Part shown: in pieces, positions 17,069 through 31,963 of the stretch
How the letters are laid out: the number at the start of each line of letters is the position of its first letter
Position numbering within the stretch: the first letter of the stretch is position 1
NCBI RefSeq assembly: GCF_009914755.1
Contig: NC_060933.1
DNA: 64,000 nt
Origin: the human T2T-CHM13v2.0 reference genome, Homo sapiens
Strand: one strand, 5' to 3'
Made by a program: the position numbers and the translations under genes
The notes under the pieces: model-generated
What the model saw: only the letters and a program-made list of their open reading frames with translations
Told to the model about the DNA's origin: nothing
Database searches by the model: none

Positions 17069-17193
17069 GACCGAAGAAGCAGAGGGCATTTTGGATCCCC
17101 AGGAGTCGGAAATGTTAAACTTTAATGAGAAGTGCACTCGGAGCCCACTACTGACCCAACTCTGGGCAACGGCGGTTCTTGGGTCTCTCTCAG
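17069..17193 (+). CDS. BSPRY: BSPRY linker exon (125 nt; TEEAEGILDPQ...LGSLS)
   Basis: tataag|G acceptor, CAG|gttagg donor; phase 2 to phase 1 fits both neighbours. Confidence 0.9.
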
Positions 17194-18425
17194 GTTAGGA
17201 GCAGTAGAGCCCAGGACCATTAGGACAACTGGGCTTCTGTCTGTCTGTCTGGGGTTCACTCCTGGTTCACAATGGGGACCCGTGCTTCTGAGATGATAGC
17301 TTAAACAAGTCATGCTGGATGCAGGCTGGTCAGTAGGGTCAAGGTTCCAGACAGGCCTGGGGCAGCTGGGCCAAGTCCTTCCCATTTCCGGACTAACATG
17401 TTCTGTGGTTGGGTCAAAGATAAATCTCATTCCTATAAGTCATGTCTTCCTTATATCCTGACCTACTAGGGCAGCCCAGTATTATTTATTGGAAACCTGG
17501 GGTTTCTCTTTAAGAAGATAAAATTGATGGCCAACTGAAGAACATCTGGACCAAGAATCAAACTGCCTGATTTGCCTCACTTATTCACTTTACACACACT
17601 GACTCAGGCCAACTGTGGGCCCCACCCTGTGCCACATGCTGGGGCCACAGAGGTAAACTGACATGGTCTTCTGCCTCCAGGAATTCCCATTTAGCACAGA
17701 GGTTCTCCAGAGCAGGCCTCCTCCAAGTTAGATGGAAGCTTCCATTCTCCCAATGGTAGTCTTTCACAATTCGTGGAACAGTTAGGTTAATAGACTGATT
17801 TTTTTTTTTTTTCAGTTTTAATCCTCCCTCCTCGTATTATCCTTACAATTTTGGTAGAAGCTGTAGCTTCTCTACTCTAGATTCTGGTATCAAATGATGC
17901 CTGATTTACCAGCAGTTTAGATATTTGCTAGAAATTGCTTATCTCATGCTTCCTAGCTCCCAGAGGCTGTGTTTCTAGGACACGTCCAATCTGGAGGCCA
18001 CAGATATGACCAAGTAGAAAGAGTATAATCAGTGCTACGTATAGGAACAAAATGTTTTGTCTTCATTTTGCCCCTCCCACCAAGTCAGTGTGTAAACTTG
18101 GGCAACTCCCTTTTTCTCTCTGGGCCTTATTTCTATCAGAGTTTACAGTTGAGGGTCTTGACTGATAGTAACTATTGTTATGAAGGCTACAGTTTATAGA
18201 GCACTTACATGCTGGGCACTTTACATGTATGATTCTGTTTAATTCTCGTGATCACCCAGTGAGAAGTCCTATTTTGACCCCCGTTTTGCAGACAAGGCTC
18301 AGAGAGAGTAAATGGCTTATATGAGGTCACCATGCTAGTGAGTGGTGAGGAACCTTTTGCTACCTGGCAGGACCAGGTTAGGGCAGGGGTGGGCCCTCGG
18401 CAACTCTGAGAATTCTTTCTGGCAG

Positions 18426-18952
18426 GCACAGAGGACATACGGATCGATGAGAGGACAGTCAGCCCCTTCCTGCAATTGTCAGATGATCGAAAGACCCTGA
18501 CCTTCAGCACCAAGAAGTCAAAGGCCTGTGCAGATGGCCCGGAGCGCTTCGACCACTGGCCCAATGCCCTGGCTGCCACCTCCTTCCAGAATGGGCTCCA
18601 TGCCTGGATGGTGAATGTCCAGAACAGTTGTGCCTATAAGGTGGGCGTGGCTTCAGGCCACCTGCCCCGCAAGGGTTCTGGCAGTGACTGCCGTCTGGGC
18701 CACAATGCCTTCTCCTGGGTCTTCTCTCGCTATGATCAGGAGTTTCGTTTCTCACACAATGGGCAGCACGAGCCCCTGGGGCTGCTGCGGGGCCCAGCCC
18801 AGCTGGGTGTAGTGCTGGACTTGCAGGTTCAGGAGCTGCTCTTCTATGAGCCAGCCTCCGGCACAGTGCTCTGTGCCCATCATGTGTCCTTCCCGGGGCC
18901 CCTCTTCCCAGTCTTTGCTGTGGCCGATCAGACCATTTCTATCGTCCGCTGA
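18426..18952 (+). CDS. BSPRY: BSPRY last coding exon, B30.2/PRY-SPRY domain, TGA at 18950-18952
   Basis: ggcag|GC acceptor; LQLSDDRK, ERFDHWPNAL, GLHAWMV, LGVVLD and PLFPVF motifs typical of PRY-SPRY. Confidence 0.97.
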
Positions 18953-19128
18953 CCTCTGGCCACAGGAAGCCAGGTCCACCGCCCACCACCCTTTCAGGCC
19001 ATGTTTCTACTCAGTGTGCTTTTCCCAAATGATGTGTGTGGTGTTTCTAAGAGAAACAGGGCCCATAACCAGTGGGCAGCTTTAGGAGGGATGGGGATCT
19101 GTTTCAGATCTAGGCATAACCTGTAAAT

Positions 19129-19313
19129 CACAGGTGTCCAAACTTTTGGCTTCCCTGGGCCACATTTGAAGAAGAATTTTCTTGGGCCACATAAAATACA
19201 CTAACGATAGCTGATGAGCTAAAAAAAAAAAAAAGTCTGTGTATAATTTTTGTGATATCTGCCACCACAGATAAGCAAAAAAGTCCTTGCATTCAAAGGG
19301 TTGGAGATTGCTG
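19129..19313 (+). mobile_element. hAT MITE (MER30-like) in the BSPRY 3'UTR
   Basis: GTGTCCAAACTTTTGGCTTCCCTGGGCCACATT...GATAGCTGATGAGCT(A)n. Confidence 0.75.
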
Positions 19314-20012
19314 CTTTGAGTGCTGGGTACCTGTGGGGAACCTACTACTCCCTGGGCCTTAGTCTCCCAAATCCACCATGCATCTGCCCCTCTGAGGGTG
19401 TCTTCACTTTGTCTCTGGCATCTAGCATGGTGCCTGGTGCATAGTGAGCATGCAATAAATATTTGGCAGGTGAGTGGATGGATAGATGGATAGGTGAATG
19501 TAGGTGGACAGGTGACTGGGTGGATGTTGTGGTCTCTGGAGAAGCACTGCCATTCAGCCTCCTGCTCCAGCTGTTCACATGCAGAAATGCTCTCTTCACA
19601 GGCAGAGAAGCCTGTGGCTAAAGTTTCCACATCCCATTAACTCAGTGCTTTTGTCTTTTTCATGACATGGCACATAGAGAAAATATTTTTTTCTAGCACA
19701 CAAGAGCAACCTGAAAGGCTGCTCCTGGCCAGAGGACTCTGTCCCGGGGGACCGTGTCCTCCCCCATGTCCTGCCTAGGCCCTCAGAGGACCAGGGGATC
19801 ATGTCTCCAGGTAACCCGACTGTAGCCCCTGCTGGCTGAGCTCCAGCCTGTGCCCACTGATAATAGCAGGGACGGCCTTTTCTCTTAGAGCAGCTGATAA
19901 GTTTCCCTACCTGATGGCCCCCTCTGACATAAACTGCACACCTGGGGTGATGGCTTAAAGCCAGAAAGAGCTGAGGGAGTTAAGAGGGCCAACCTTAGGG
20001 CACGTGGGCATT

Positions 20013-20018
20013 ATTAAA
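20013..20018 (+). terminator. BSPRY: Candidate BSPRY poly(A) signal ATTAAA (alternative AATAAA at 19454-19459)
   Basis: Hexamer followed by a T/GT-rich downstream element (~20040-20070). Confidence 0.55.
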
Positions 20019-20220
20019 GGTCTTAAAAGCATTGAAGATTTATTCCATGTTCTTTGTTGATAATTGGGTGTATACTGTACGCTGGCCTGTCTTCATACCC
20101 TTATTGCATTCTCGGAAATAAGTGGGTCGCAGCTCAGTGTAGCGGAAAGAGCCTGGAGACATTACCAAGACCCAAGGCAAGTCCCTTTATGTTTGTCTCC
20201 ATGAGGAGTTCACCCTAGAA

Positions 20221-20361
20221 CAGTGGTCTTCAAACTTTTGTCCAGGAACTCTCTTCAAAAGTAATCTTACCTACAACTTTAGGCTCCTGCGTCCAAAGAA
20301 GATGAAAGGCAGAGCCCTCCCCACTTTCTTTGGGAGCTGCAGAGCAGTTTGAAAACCACTG
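20221..20361. mobile_element. Short hAT-type MITE
   Basis: Terminal inverted repeats CAGTGGTCTTCAAAC / GTTTGAAAACCACTG. Confidence 0.6.
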
Positions 20362-20418
20362 TTTATTAATTTTTTTTTTGAGACAGAGTCTCAAAGGGAT
20401 GCTGAGGCAGGTGGATCA

Positions 20419-20766
<348 letters not shown>

Positions 20767-22266
20767 TCAAAAATCTGGGTCAAAGCCAAGGCTTTTCTTG
20801 GCACCTGAAGGCCCCCATGCCATTTTCTCCCAATCCACCAACCCAGCTCCTCACAGCAGCCTTCATTCCACAGTTCATCGGCCTGCTGCAGCAATGTCCT
20901 CCTCATCCCCCTGCTCATCTAAAGCCACCCCCAATGCCACTACTGAATTCAGCATCCATTCTAGAGCCCTCCCTAGCTGCTGGCACCAGAACACACTGCC
21001 AGCCTGTGTTTTTAATGTGTGGTATCCTCTGGCACTGGGCAAGGAACACAGATGTCCAGCAAATACCAAGTAGAACGGTGTGGGAAGGTGGGGAGGCAGG
21101 AGAACTTTTTGTTGTTTTGTTTTTAGAGACAGGGTTTCACTCTGTTGCCCAGGCTGAAGTGCAGTGGCACGTAGCTTACTGTAACAGAACTTGTGGGCTC
21201 AAGCGATCCTCCTGCCTCAGTCTTCCGAGTGGCTGGGATTAAATGTGTGTGCCAGCACACCAGGCTAGTTTTTACATTTTTTGAAGAGATGGGGTTTCAC
21301 CATGTTGCCCAGGCTAGTCTCGAACTCTGGGCTCAAGTGATCCTCCTGCCTCAGCCTCCTAAAGTGAAAAAAGGAATTGAAAAACCCAACCTACTTCAAC
21401 CTCCAGTTCTTCCCCCCTCCCTCCAAACCTATTCCCTACACTGCAGTCCTTGTTCCCCATACTTTCCTACCTCCACACTGGTCTCTGCGACTGGGGTGCC
21501 CTTTGAGATTGATATTCTTTAGGACACCTCCCCTATTCTCCCAGAATCTCCACTGTACCACGTTTCACATGACAAGCATCCTCATCTACTTACAACCTAG
21601 TGGTCAAGCCAATGGGCTTTGGATTCAGATGTGCCTAAATGGAATCCTGGTGTCTTTGCATGCTAGCTGTGACCTCGGGCAGGCTGCTTAACCTCTGAAT
21701 TTCAGTTTCCTCATTTGTAAAGTTGTGGAGGGGGTCAAACCACCTAGGCCCAACGAGGTAGCTTTGAGGGTTATATGTGCATGGAGGTAACTCAGCACCT
21801 TACCTAACACGGGGCAGGCATATGTCAACAGGATTTCTTCTCATGACTGTCATGGGGTTCCTTGTTTAAATTCTCCCCTTCATACTATGTGGTGCTAATG
21901 GACAGTGTCCCTACAGAATGGCTTAGCATCCTGCTTTTCAAACTAAGCACTGACCCCAGGCTTCCAGAGGGTATTTTCAGAAGCTGAAAGAGAGACCTTA
22001 GCACCTCTGCTTCAACTCCAGCAGTTTTTCAGGGTCTGTTTTTAGTTTTGCATAATGGGGTTTCAGATCGCCCATAACTAAAGGACTCTGCTGCTAAAAC
22101 CAAGTTTGAAAGTGCCTGGTTTTGAAGCTAGTGGGGCCCTCTGTGAATCCTTTGGATGTGAAGTCGACTCCTAGTGGAAAAGGGACACAGGTGTGAATGA
22201 GAATGAGGGAGGGCAGAGGCTAGGAGCTGGTTAGTGGGGGAAGGGTGAGAGCTCAGCACTCACTGC

Positions 22267-22272
22267 TTTATT
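22267..22272 (-). terminator. HDHD3: HDHD3 poly(A) signal AATAAA
   Basis: TTTATT on + strand ~135 nt past the stop codon. Confidence 0.75.
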
Positions 22273-22407
22273 ATCACAGTAGGTGACAAAGGCCGCAGGG
22301 AGAGGGGGAAAGGTCCAGAGCTGTGGAGAAAGAAGGGGCTCCCTGTCTCCAGGGTTTGTTTAAGGTTTTCTCCATGGCCTAGGGCCCAGCCACTTCCCTC
22401 ACTGGCC

Positions 22408-23163
22408 TCAAAGCCCTGGAGTTGAGCCCTCTAGGCAGTCAAGGGCAGGCAGGAGATGGGCCAGAGAGGGGAGGATGTGTTCTTTAGGTACAGAATCCCT
22501 GACCACGGGGTCCAGTGCCTGTGGGCCAACCACCAGGAAGCTGTGCATGCCCACAGCCCGAGGCCCCTGGTAATCGCAGAGGTAATTATCCCCAACATGG
22601 GCTGCCACTACTGGTTCCATATGAGCAAGCCGCAAGGCCTCCTGGAAAATGCGGGGGTCCGGCTTGGGCCAGCCAGCAGCCTCGGAGGTCAGCACAAAGT
22701 CGAAGTGTTCACGCAGGCCAAGGCCCTCCAGGATGCCCTCTAGCCGTCGGTCAAAGTTGGAGATCACTGCCAGTCTCAGACCCCGTGTGCGGCACTCCCT
22801 CAGGGTGTCCTCAGCCCCATCCAACACCTGCCAGGTGCAGGGGTGGCTGAAGTCTTTATAAAGCTGTTCAGCGATGGGGGCTACAGCCTGAGCATCCTGG
22901 ACACCCGCCAGGTGGAAGGTCTGCAGGACCACATCCAGCCACCACTGGCGGGAGGTTAGGCCGTGGCTCAGGCCGTAGTTGGGGAAGCTGTGGCTCTGAG
23001 CCCTGTATGCCTGCCTGAAGCCTTGTTCCAGGGCTGAGGGCTCCACCTCCAGCCCATGGGCCCGGGCCTTGGTGGCATAGGCCTCCCCTAAGGGGTGGCG
23101 GAGCCTGAGCAGCGTGTCCTTCACATCCCACGTCAGCAGTCGTATCTGCAGCCGGTGTGCCAT
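22408..23163 (-). CDS. HDHD3: HDHD3, HAD-like hydrolase domain protein, 251 aa, single-exon CDS
   Basis: ATG at 23163 (MAHRLQIRLLTWDVKDTLL); HAD motifs DVKDT, ISN, KP, GDNYLCD; 756 nt including stop. Confidence 0.97.
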   Translation of the reverse strand: MAHRLQIRLLTWDVKDTLLRLRHPLGEAYATKARAHGLEVEPSALEQGFRQAYRAQSHSFPNYGLSHGLTSRQWWLDVVLQTFHLAGVQDAQAVAPIAEQLYKDFSHPCTWQVLDGAEDTLRECRTRGLRLAVISNFDRRLEGILEGLGLREHFDFVLTSEAAGWPKPDPRIFQEALRLAHMEPVVAAHVGDNYLCDYQGPRAVGMHSFLVVGPQALDPVVRDSVPKEHILPSLAHLLPALDCLEGSTPGL

Positions 23164-23338
23164 GGAGGAGGCCAAGTCCACCCCAGTTCTGCCTCAGGTC
23201 CCACGGTGGGTCCCAGGGGAAGCTGAGCTGGATAAGACCACCTCTGCGCAACCTAACAATCACCTCTTTCCAGGCCTTGTGGGTCAGATTTGCTGGCTAA
23301 CATGAAGCACTTGGGAAATGTCTTCACAGCACAAGATC
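23164..23338 (-). other. HDHD3: HDHD3 5'UTR part of the last exon
   Basis: Minus-strand acceptor ctatttttcattctag|GATC at 23339/23338. Confidence 0.7.
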
Positions 23339-23693
23339 CTAGAATGAAAAATAGCAGGTAAGGTGGAAGCTCAGGCCCTGACATCAGACAGACTGGGTTC
23401 AAATTCTGGTGCTGCCAATGGTGTGACCCTAGGAAAGTCACTCTGAATCCACAACAAATTTCTGAGCACCTTTTTGAGCTAGCTGCTAGCATATGGGATA
23501 GATTTCCAGCCCTTAGGGCATTTACAGGCACTGAAGAACAGGGATACGGATATTAGGCAAAGAACTATACAAACACTTAAATATAATGAAGTCAATAGAT
23601 ACCGTAAGGATCTAAATCCAGGGACCGCATCTAGTCTGTGTAGTTAGGGAATGTCATAAGCAAGTGAAGTTTCTTTTTATTTATTTTTTTTAA

Positions 23694-23843
<150 letters not shown>

Positions 23844-24826
23844 TGAACTTTTTGTAGAGATGTGGGGTGGTGGGGCGGGGTGGGTCTCACTATGTTGCCC
23901 AGGCTGCTCTCCAACCCCTGGACTCAAGTGATCCCCCAGCCTTGGCCACCCAAAGTACTGGGATTACAGGCATGAGCCATCACTCCCAGCCCTGCAAGTC
24001 AAGTTTCAATGGAGATCAGAAGAATGAATGTGCAAGAAGCAGAGGTAGGTGAGTGCTCCCGTCAGTGGAAATAGCAAGTGCAAAGGCCCTGAGGCAGGGC
24101 AAGTAGACAGAGGCCAGCTGTCTGGCACACAGGACACAATTATTATGATTGCTATTATCATTATTAGGGATGTCAAAGACAGAAGGGGCCTTGCAGAGCA
24201 TATGAACGATATCTTGGCTGCTGGGCAGAGTAGACTGAGCCAGAAAGGGGCAGGTACTTACCCAAGGTCACAGTGAGTCAGTGGCACAGCCAGGACCAGA
24301 ACCCAAACTTCCAGACTCTCTGGCCAGTTCTTCCACTGTACCATGAGATATATTTGGATTTTAAAAATTGGTGAACCTGTACAGCACAGGAGAAAAGACA
24401 GGACACAGCAGGCTGTCTGTCTCTAGCCCTCTCTGAACCCCAACTTTTCCATCTTTACTGGAGGTAATAACACTGGCCTAGGAGGAGAGCTGATGAGAGA
24501 ACTGACGCAAGGCACAAGAAACAAGTGACTCAGCCTGCTATCCAGAGGCTGGTGCAGCTTCTTTCCCCAGACAGAGCTGATCCCAGACAAGGCCGTCCCC
24601 TTGAAACCTGAGGGGCCAGAGTTCAAAGTACGGCTAAGTTGATACTTAGGGAAGGGCGTCACTGGTAAATCTGGGGGAGCCTTGGAGGAAGTTTGTCCAG
24701 GAAATGAATTAAGGAGACTCATCCAAAGATCCTCTCATTTTGCAGGTGGGTAGACAGAGACCCAGTGAGGGGCAGTAATTTACCCCCAAATCACACAGGG
24801 AGTCACATTGGCACAGCTAAGACTAG

Positions 24827-25473
<647 letters not shown>

Positions 25474-26379
25474 AGGGCTTTTTCGATTTCTAAAACCGCG
25501 GGTTTGGGGCTCTGCGCTGCAGGCACGAACTGCTCACCTTTTCTCCCCACCTCCAGGGCTCGGGAAAGGCGAAGTCCAGGAGCCCGGACCTGACGCAGAA
25601 TGTCTATAGCTGCCGTCGGCAGCGTGAGCTGGGGCGGCGGTCCTAGGGGCCTTGGCCGCGGCCGACCCCTTGGGTCCCCTTCTCAGCTGTAGGGCGTCCA
25701 CGGCTCCGGGCCGGTTCCTGGGCCCAGGACCCACCTGACTCACAAGGAAGCAGATTGAAAACGCAGCCGCAAGGCCCGCGAGCTCGGGCGGAGGTGCGCA
25801 AGCGCCGGGCGGTGGGGCGGGGATCGCGCGGGCCGCCCCTCCCTACCATCCCGACCCGCCTCTGTCCCCGCCCCGTCCCCGCCCTTATCCCCCTCACCTT
25901 CGCCCTCTCCCGCCCCATCTCCCGTCGCCCTCGCCGTCCCCTCTCCCTCCTTCGTCTCACTGTGCACCTCTCTGCGCCCCTGTCACCCGCCTTCACTGCG
26001 CGCCTCCGTTACCCTGCACCATCTACGCCCCTTATTCCCTCCCCGCACCCTCTGAGGTTCCCCAGCCCGCACCCTTCCGCTCCGCAGCCCCCGTTACCAG
26101 CACCTTCTCCGCCCTGTCTGCGCACCCCCTGCCCGCCACACCGCCGCTCCTCACCGCTGTCTCCGCTCCCCATCCCCAACCCCGGCTCCTGGCCTCCTTT
26201 GGATCGGGAAACCCCCGAGAAGTACCCAGGTTGAGTGGGAGGAGGGGAGTTGGGACCCAGCCTGGCTTGCTTAGTGTTGTGTGAACCTGGGCAAGGCCCA
26301 GCCCCTCTCTGGTCTCAGGGTCCCCAGTTGGTATTGGAGGGAATTGCTTTCAGTTGGAAACTTGTTAAATCCAAGATAA

Positions 26380-26721
<342 letters not shown>

Positions 26722-26749
26722 TCTTTTTGTTTTTAAGAACCCTGTGGTA

Positions 26750-27361
<612 letters not shown>

Positions 27362-27699
27362 TCAAAAAAATAAAAAAATAAAAAAATAATAAATAAATAA
27401 GGTATGCATGTAATGCATGTTAGTCTCAAAAAACTAAAAAATACAAACATATGAGAGTTGGCCATGCAGAGGGGAAGGATCTGAGTGATGGTTAAGGGAC
27501 CCCCTGATGCAAAGGCCTCCAGGCAAGAAAGTTTTTTTTCCGAACCAAAGAGACACTGAGGAACTATAGGAATGTTGCTAGCCAGGGGGTTTGGGCCAAA
27601 GAGGCTGGGGAGGTACCGGAGGGGAAGCTTTGAGATACTTCTGTGCCTGTGCTCTGTTCCTCTTTAGTCTCATCACCTTGCACTATGACCTTAGGCAAG

Positions 27700-29000
27700 A
27701 CAGGTCATAAGACAGCCCCCACCACCCAGGCCCCTTTGAGAGGGTCTTGCCGCATACCCTGGAGGAAGGAACACTGCACAGAGAGGCCAAGAAGAATCTA
27801 CACAGATGGGTCTTGGTGGGTTTCTCTATTCAGTCTATTAGCGTTTTGTGCAATCCTGTTTCTACATGTGAAGGGGTGGCCTGCCCCTCCACACCTGTGG
27901 GTATTTCTCATCAGGTGGGACGAGAGACTGAGAAAAGAAATAAGACACCGAGACAAAGTATGGAGAAAGAACAGTGGGCCCAGGAGACCGGCGCTCAGCG
28001 TACGGAGGACCTGCTCTGGCACTGGTCTCTGAGTTCCCTCAGTATTTATTGATTACTATTTTCACTATCTCAGCAAGAAGAATGCGATAGGAGAGCGGGC
28101 TGATAGTGAGGAGAAGGTCAGCAAGAAAACATGTGAGCAAAGGAATCTGAGTCACAAATAAGTTCAAGGGAAGGTACTATGCCTGGATGTGCACACAGGC
28201 CAGATTTATGCTTCTCTCCACCCAAACATCTCAGTGGAGAAAAGAATAACAAAGCAGCATTGCTGCCAACATGTCTCGCCTCCCGCCACGGCGCGGTTTT
28301 TCTCCTGTCTCAGAATTGAACAAATGTATAATCGGGTTTTATACCGAGACGTTCAGTTTCAGGGGCAGGCAGGAGACAGAGGCCTTCCTCTTATCTCAAC
28401 TTCAAGAGGCCTTCCTCTTTTACTAATCCTCCTCAGCACAGACCCCTCGCGGGTGTCGGGCTGGGGGACGGTCAGGTCTTTCCCATCCCACGAGGCCATA
28501 TCTCAGGCTGTCACATGGGGAGAAACCTTGGACAATACCAGGCTTTCCAGGGCAGAGGTCCCTGCGGCTTTCCGCAGTGTATTGTGCCCCTGGTTTATCG
28601 AGAATGGAGAATGGCGATGACTTTTACCAAGCATACTGCCTGTAAACATTTTGTTAACAAGGCACATCCTGCACAGCCCTAGATCCCTTAAACCTTGATT
28701 CCATACAACACATGTTTCTGTGAGCTCAAGGTTGGGGCAAAGTTACAGATTAACAGCATCTCAGGGCAAAGCAATTGTTCAGGGTACAGGTCAAAATGGA
28801 GTTTCTTATGTCTCCCTTTTCTACATGGACACAATAACAGTCTGATCTCTCTTTTCCCTACATACACGGCCATGTACACTTCGTTGAACCTAAGCATAAA
28901 AATGGACAGTTTCCTCTGTATCTGTGGCTCTTCATTCTGAAGGCTCCCATGTCACAAAAAAACTATGATCAAATAAATGTATATGCTTTTTCTCCTATTA
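27700..29000 (+). mobile_element. Older ERV1-class LTR (MER39/MER34-like) split by the LTR5 insertion
   Basis: Flanks rejoin across the TSD; 3' part has GCATAAAAATGGACAGTTTCC...CTGAAGGCTCCC...AAATAAA. Confidence 0.55.
27869..28862 (-). mobile_element. Solo HERV-K(HML-2) LTR (LTR5A/5B-like), 994 bp
   Basis: Minus strand begins TGTAGGGAAAAGAGAGATCAGAC and ends GCCACCCCTTCA; 6-bp TSD TACATG/TACACG; TATAAAA at 28337-28343, AATAAA at 28045-28050. Confidence 0.9.
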
Positions 29001-29196
29001 AAAAAAATACAGACATATTCAGGGTTAGGCATAGTGGCTCATGCCTGAAATCCTAGCACTTTGGAAGGCTAAGGTGGAAGGATCCCTTGAGCTCAGGGGT
29101 ATGAGACCAGCCTAGGAAACAAAGTGAGACCCCATCTTGTTAAAAAATAATAACAGGCTGGGTGTGGTGGCTCACGTCTGTAATTGCAGCACTTTA

Positions 29197-29683
<487 letters not shown>

Positions 29684-29938
29684 TCATTTTATGAACAGTG
29701 ACAGGGTATCTCTTTGGATGAGGTGGTCAAGGAAGGAACAAAGATCTGAATGGTGAGAAGGAGGTTGTCAGGTTAAGATCAAGGAAAGTACTCCAGGTGA
29801 GGAACCGGAAAGAAGGGTGTGGGGCCTCAGCCTGCTTACTGAACAAGGGCAGTAGCCTTGGGGCAGGGAGAGAAGGGCTTCCCCACCCCATCTCACTCCC
29901 CAGGGATTGCTGAGGTGACAGTTTTGGTTATGCTATGA

Positions 29939-30712
<774 letters not shown>

Positions 30713-31600
30713 TGAGTAGCTGGGATTACAGGTGTGCGCCACTGTGCCCGGGTAATTTTTTGTATTTTTAGTAGAGACGAGGTTTCGCCGTGTAGCCAGA
30801 CTGGTCTAGAACTCCTGACCTCAACTGATCCACCCACCTTGGCCTCCCAAAGTGCCGGGATTATAGGCATGAGCCACTGTGCCTGGCCTAATTTTCTTCC
30901 TTTCAACTCTTAAAAACAAAAAAACAAAACTTTCTCCTATGTTCCAAGTTGGTCTGTTCACTGGGTTCAGGCCTGGGAAGAAACACAAAGTGCAGAGTCA
31001 CAGACTTTGGACCTGCAAGAGAGAGCCCGACTCACTTGCAAAACTGGTTTTGTGTTATAAGCATGAAGCAGAAGTGGGGGTGGGAAGGGCAACTGGGAGA
31101 CCAGAGGTTCAACTGCATTTCACAGAATCCAAGAATGTCTGATACTGTCTACTTTTCAGGGTCACCGAAAACCTAACCCCTTAGGTTCTGATCCCAGCTC
31201 TGCCATCTGTCTGTCTGTGAGCTCTCCATTCAATTGTTTTTCTCTCTGAGCCTCAGTATCCCAATATGCAAAATGTGAATTTCCCCAAAGTGAACATACC
31301 CATGCAACCAGCACCCAGACCAAGAAAAAGAACAATTTCCAGAACCCTCCACAGCCTGTCCACTTCCAGTTACTTACTACCCAAAAGGGTAACTATCTTG
31401 ACTTCAAACTGCATAGTTAAACTTTACTTGTTTTTGAACTGTATATAAACAGAATAATATAGCATGTATTTTTTATGCCTTGCTTCTTTTGCTCAAAATT
31501 GTGTTTGATACATCTGTGTTGCTATGTGTAGTTGTAGTTAATCCATTCTCACACCTTTAATATTCTATTATATAAATAGACCACATTTTACTGTTGATGA

Positions 31601-31963
<363 letters not shown>

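Noticed and set aside
19221-19233. A-run in the BSPRY 3'UTR as a transcript end
   Set aside because: Genomic A tract inside a MER30-like element; would cause oligo-dT internal priming.
23164-23181. 6-aa N-terminal extension of HDHD3 in the ORF track
   Set aside because: Starts at GTG; the first ATG at 23163 gives the recognised 251-aa protein.
28189-28620. 143-aa ORF within the HERV-K element
   Set aside because: Lies in a solo LTR on the antisense strand; no gag, pol or env sequence is present.
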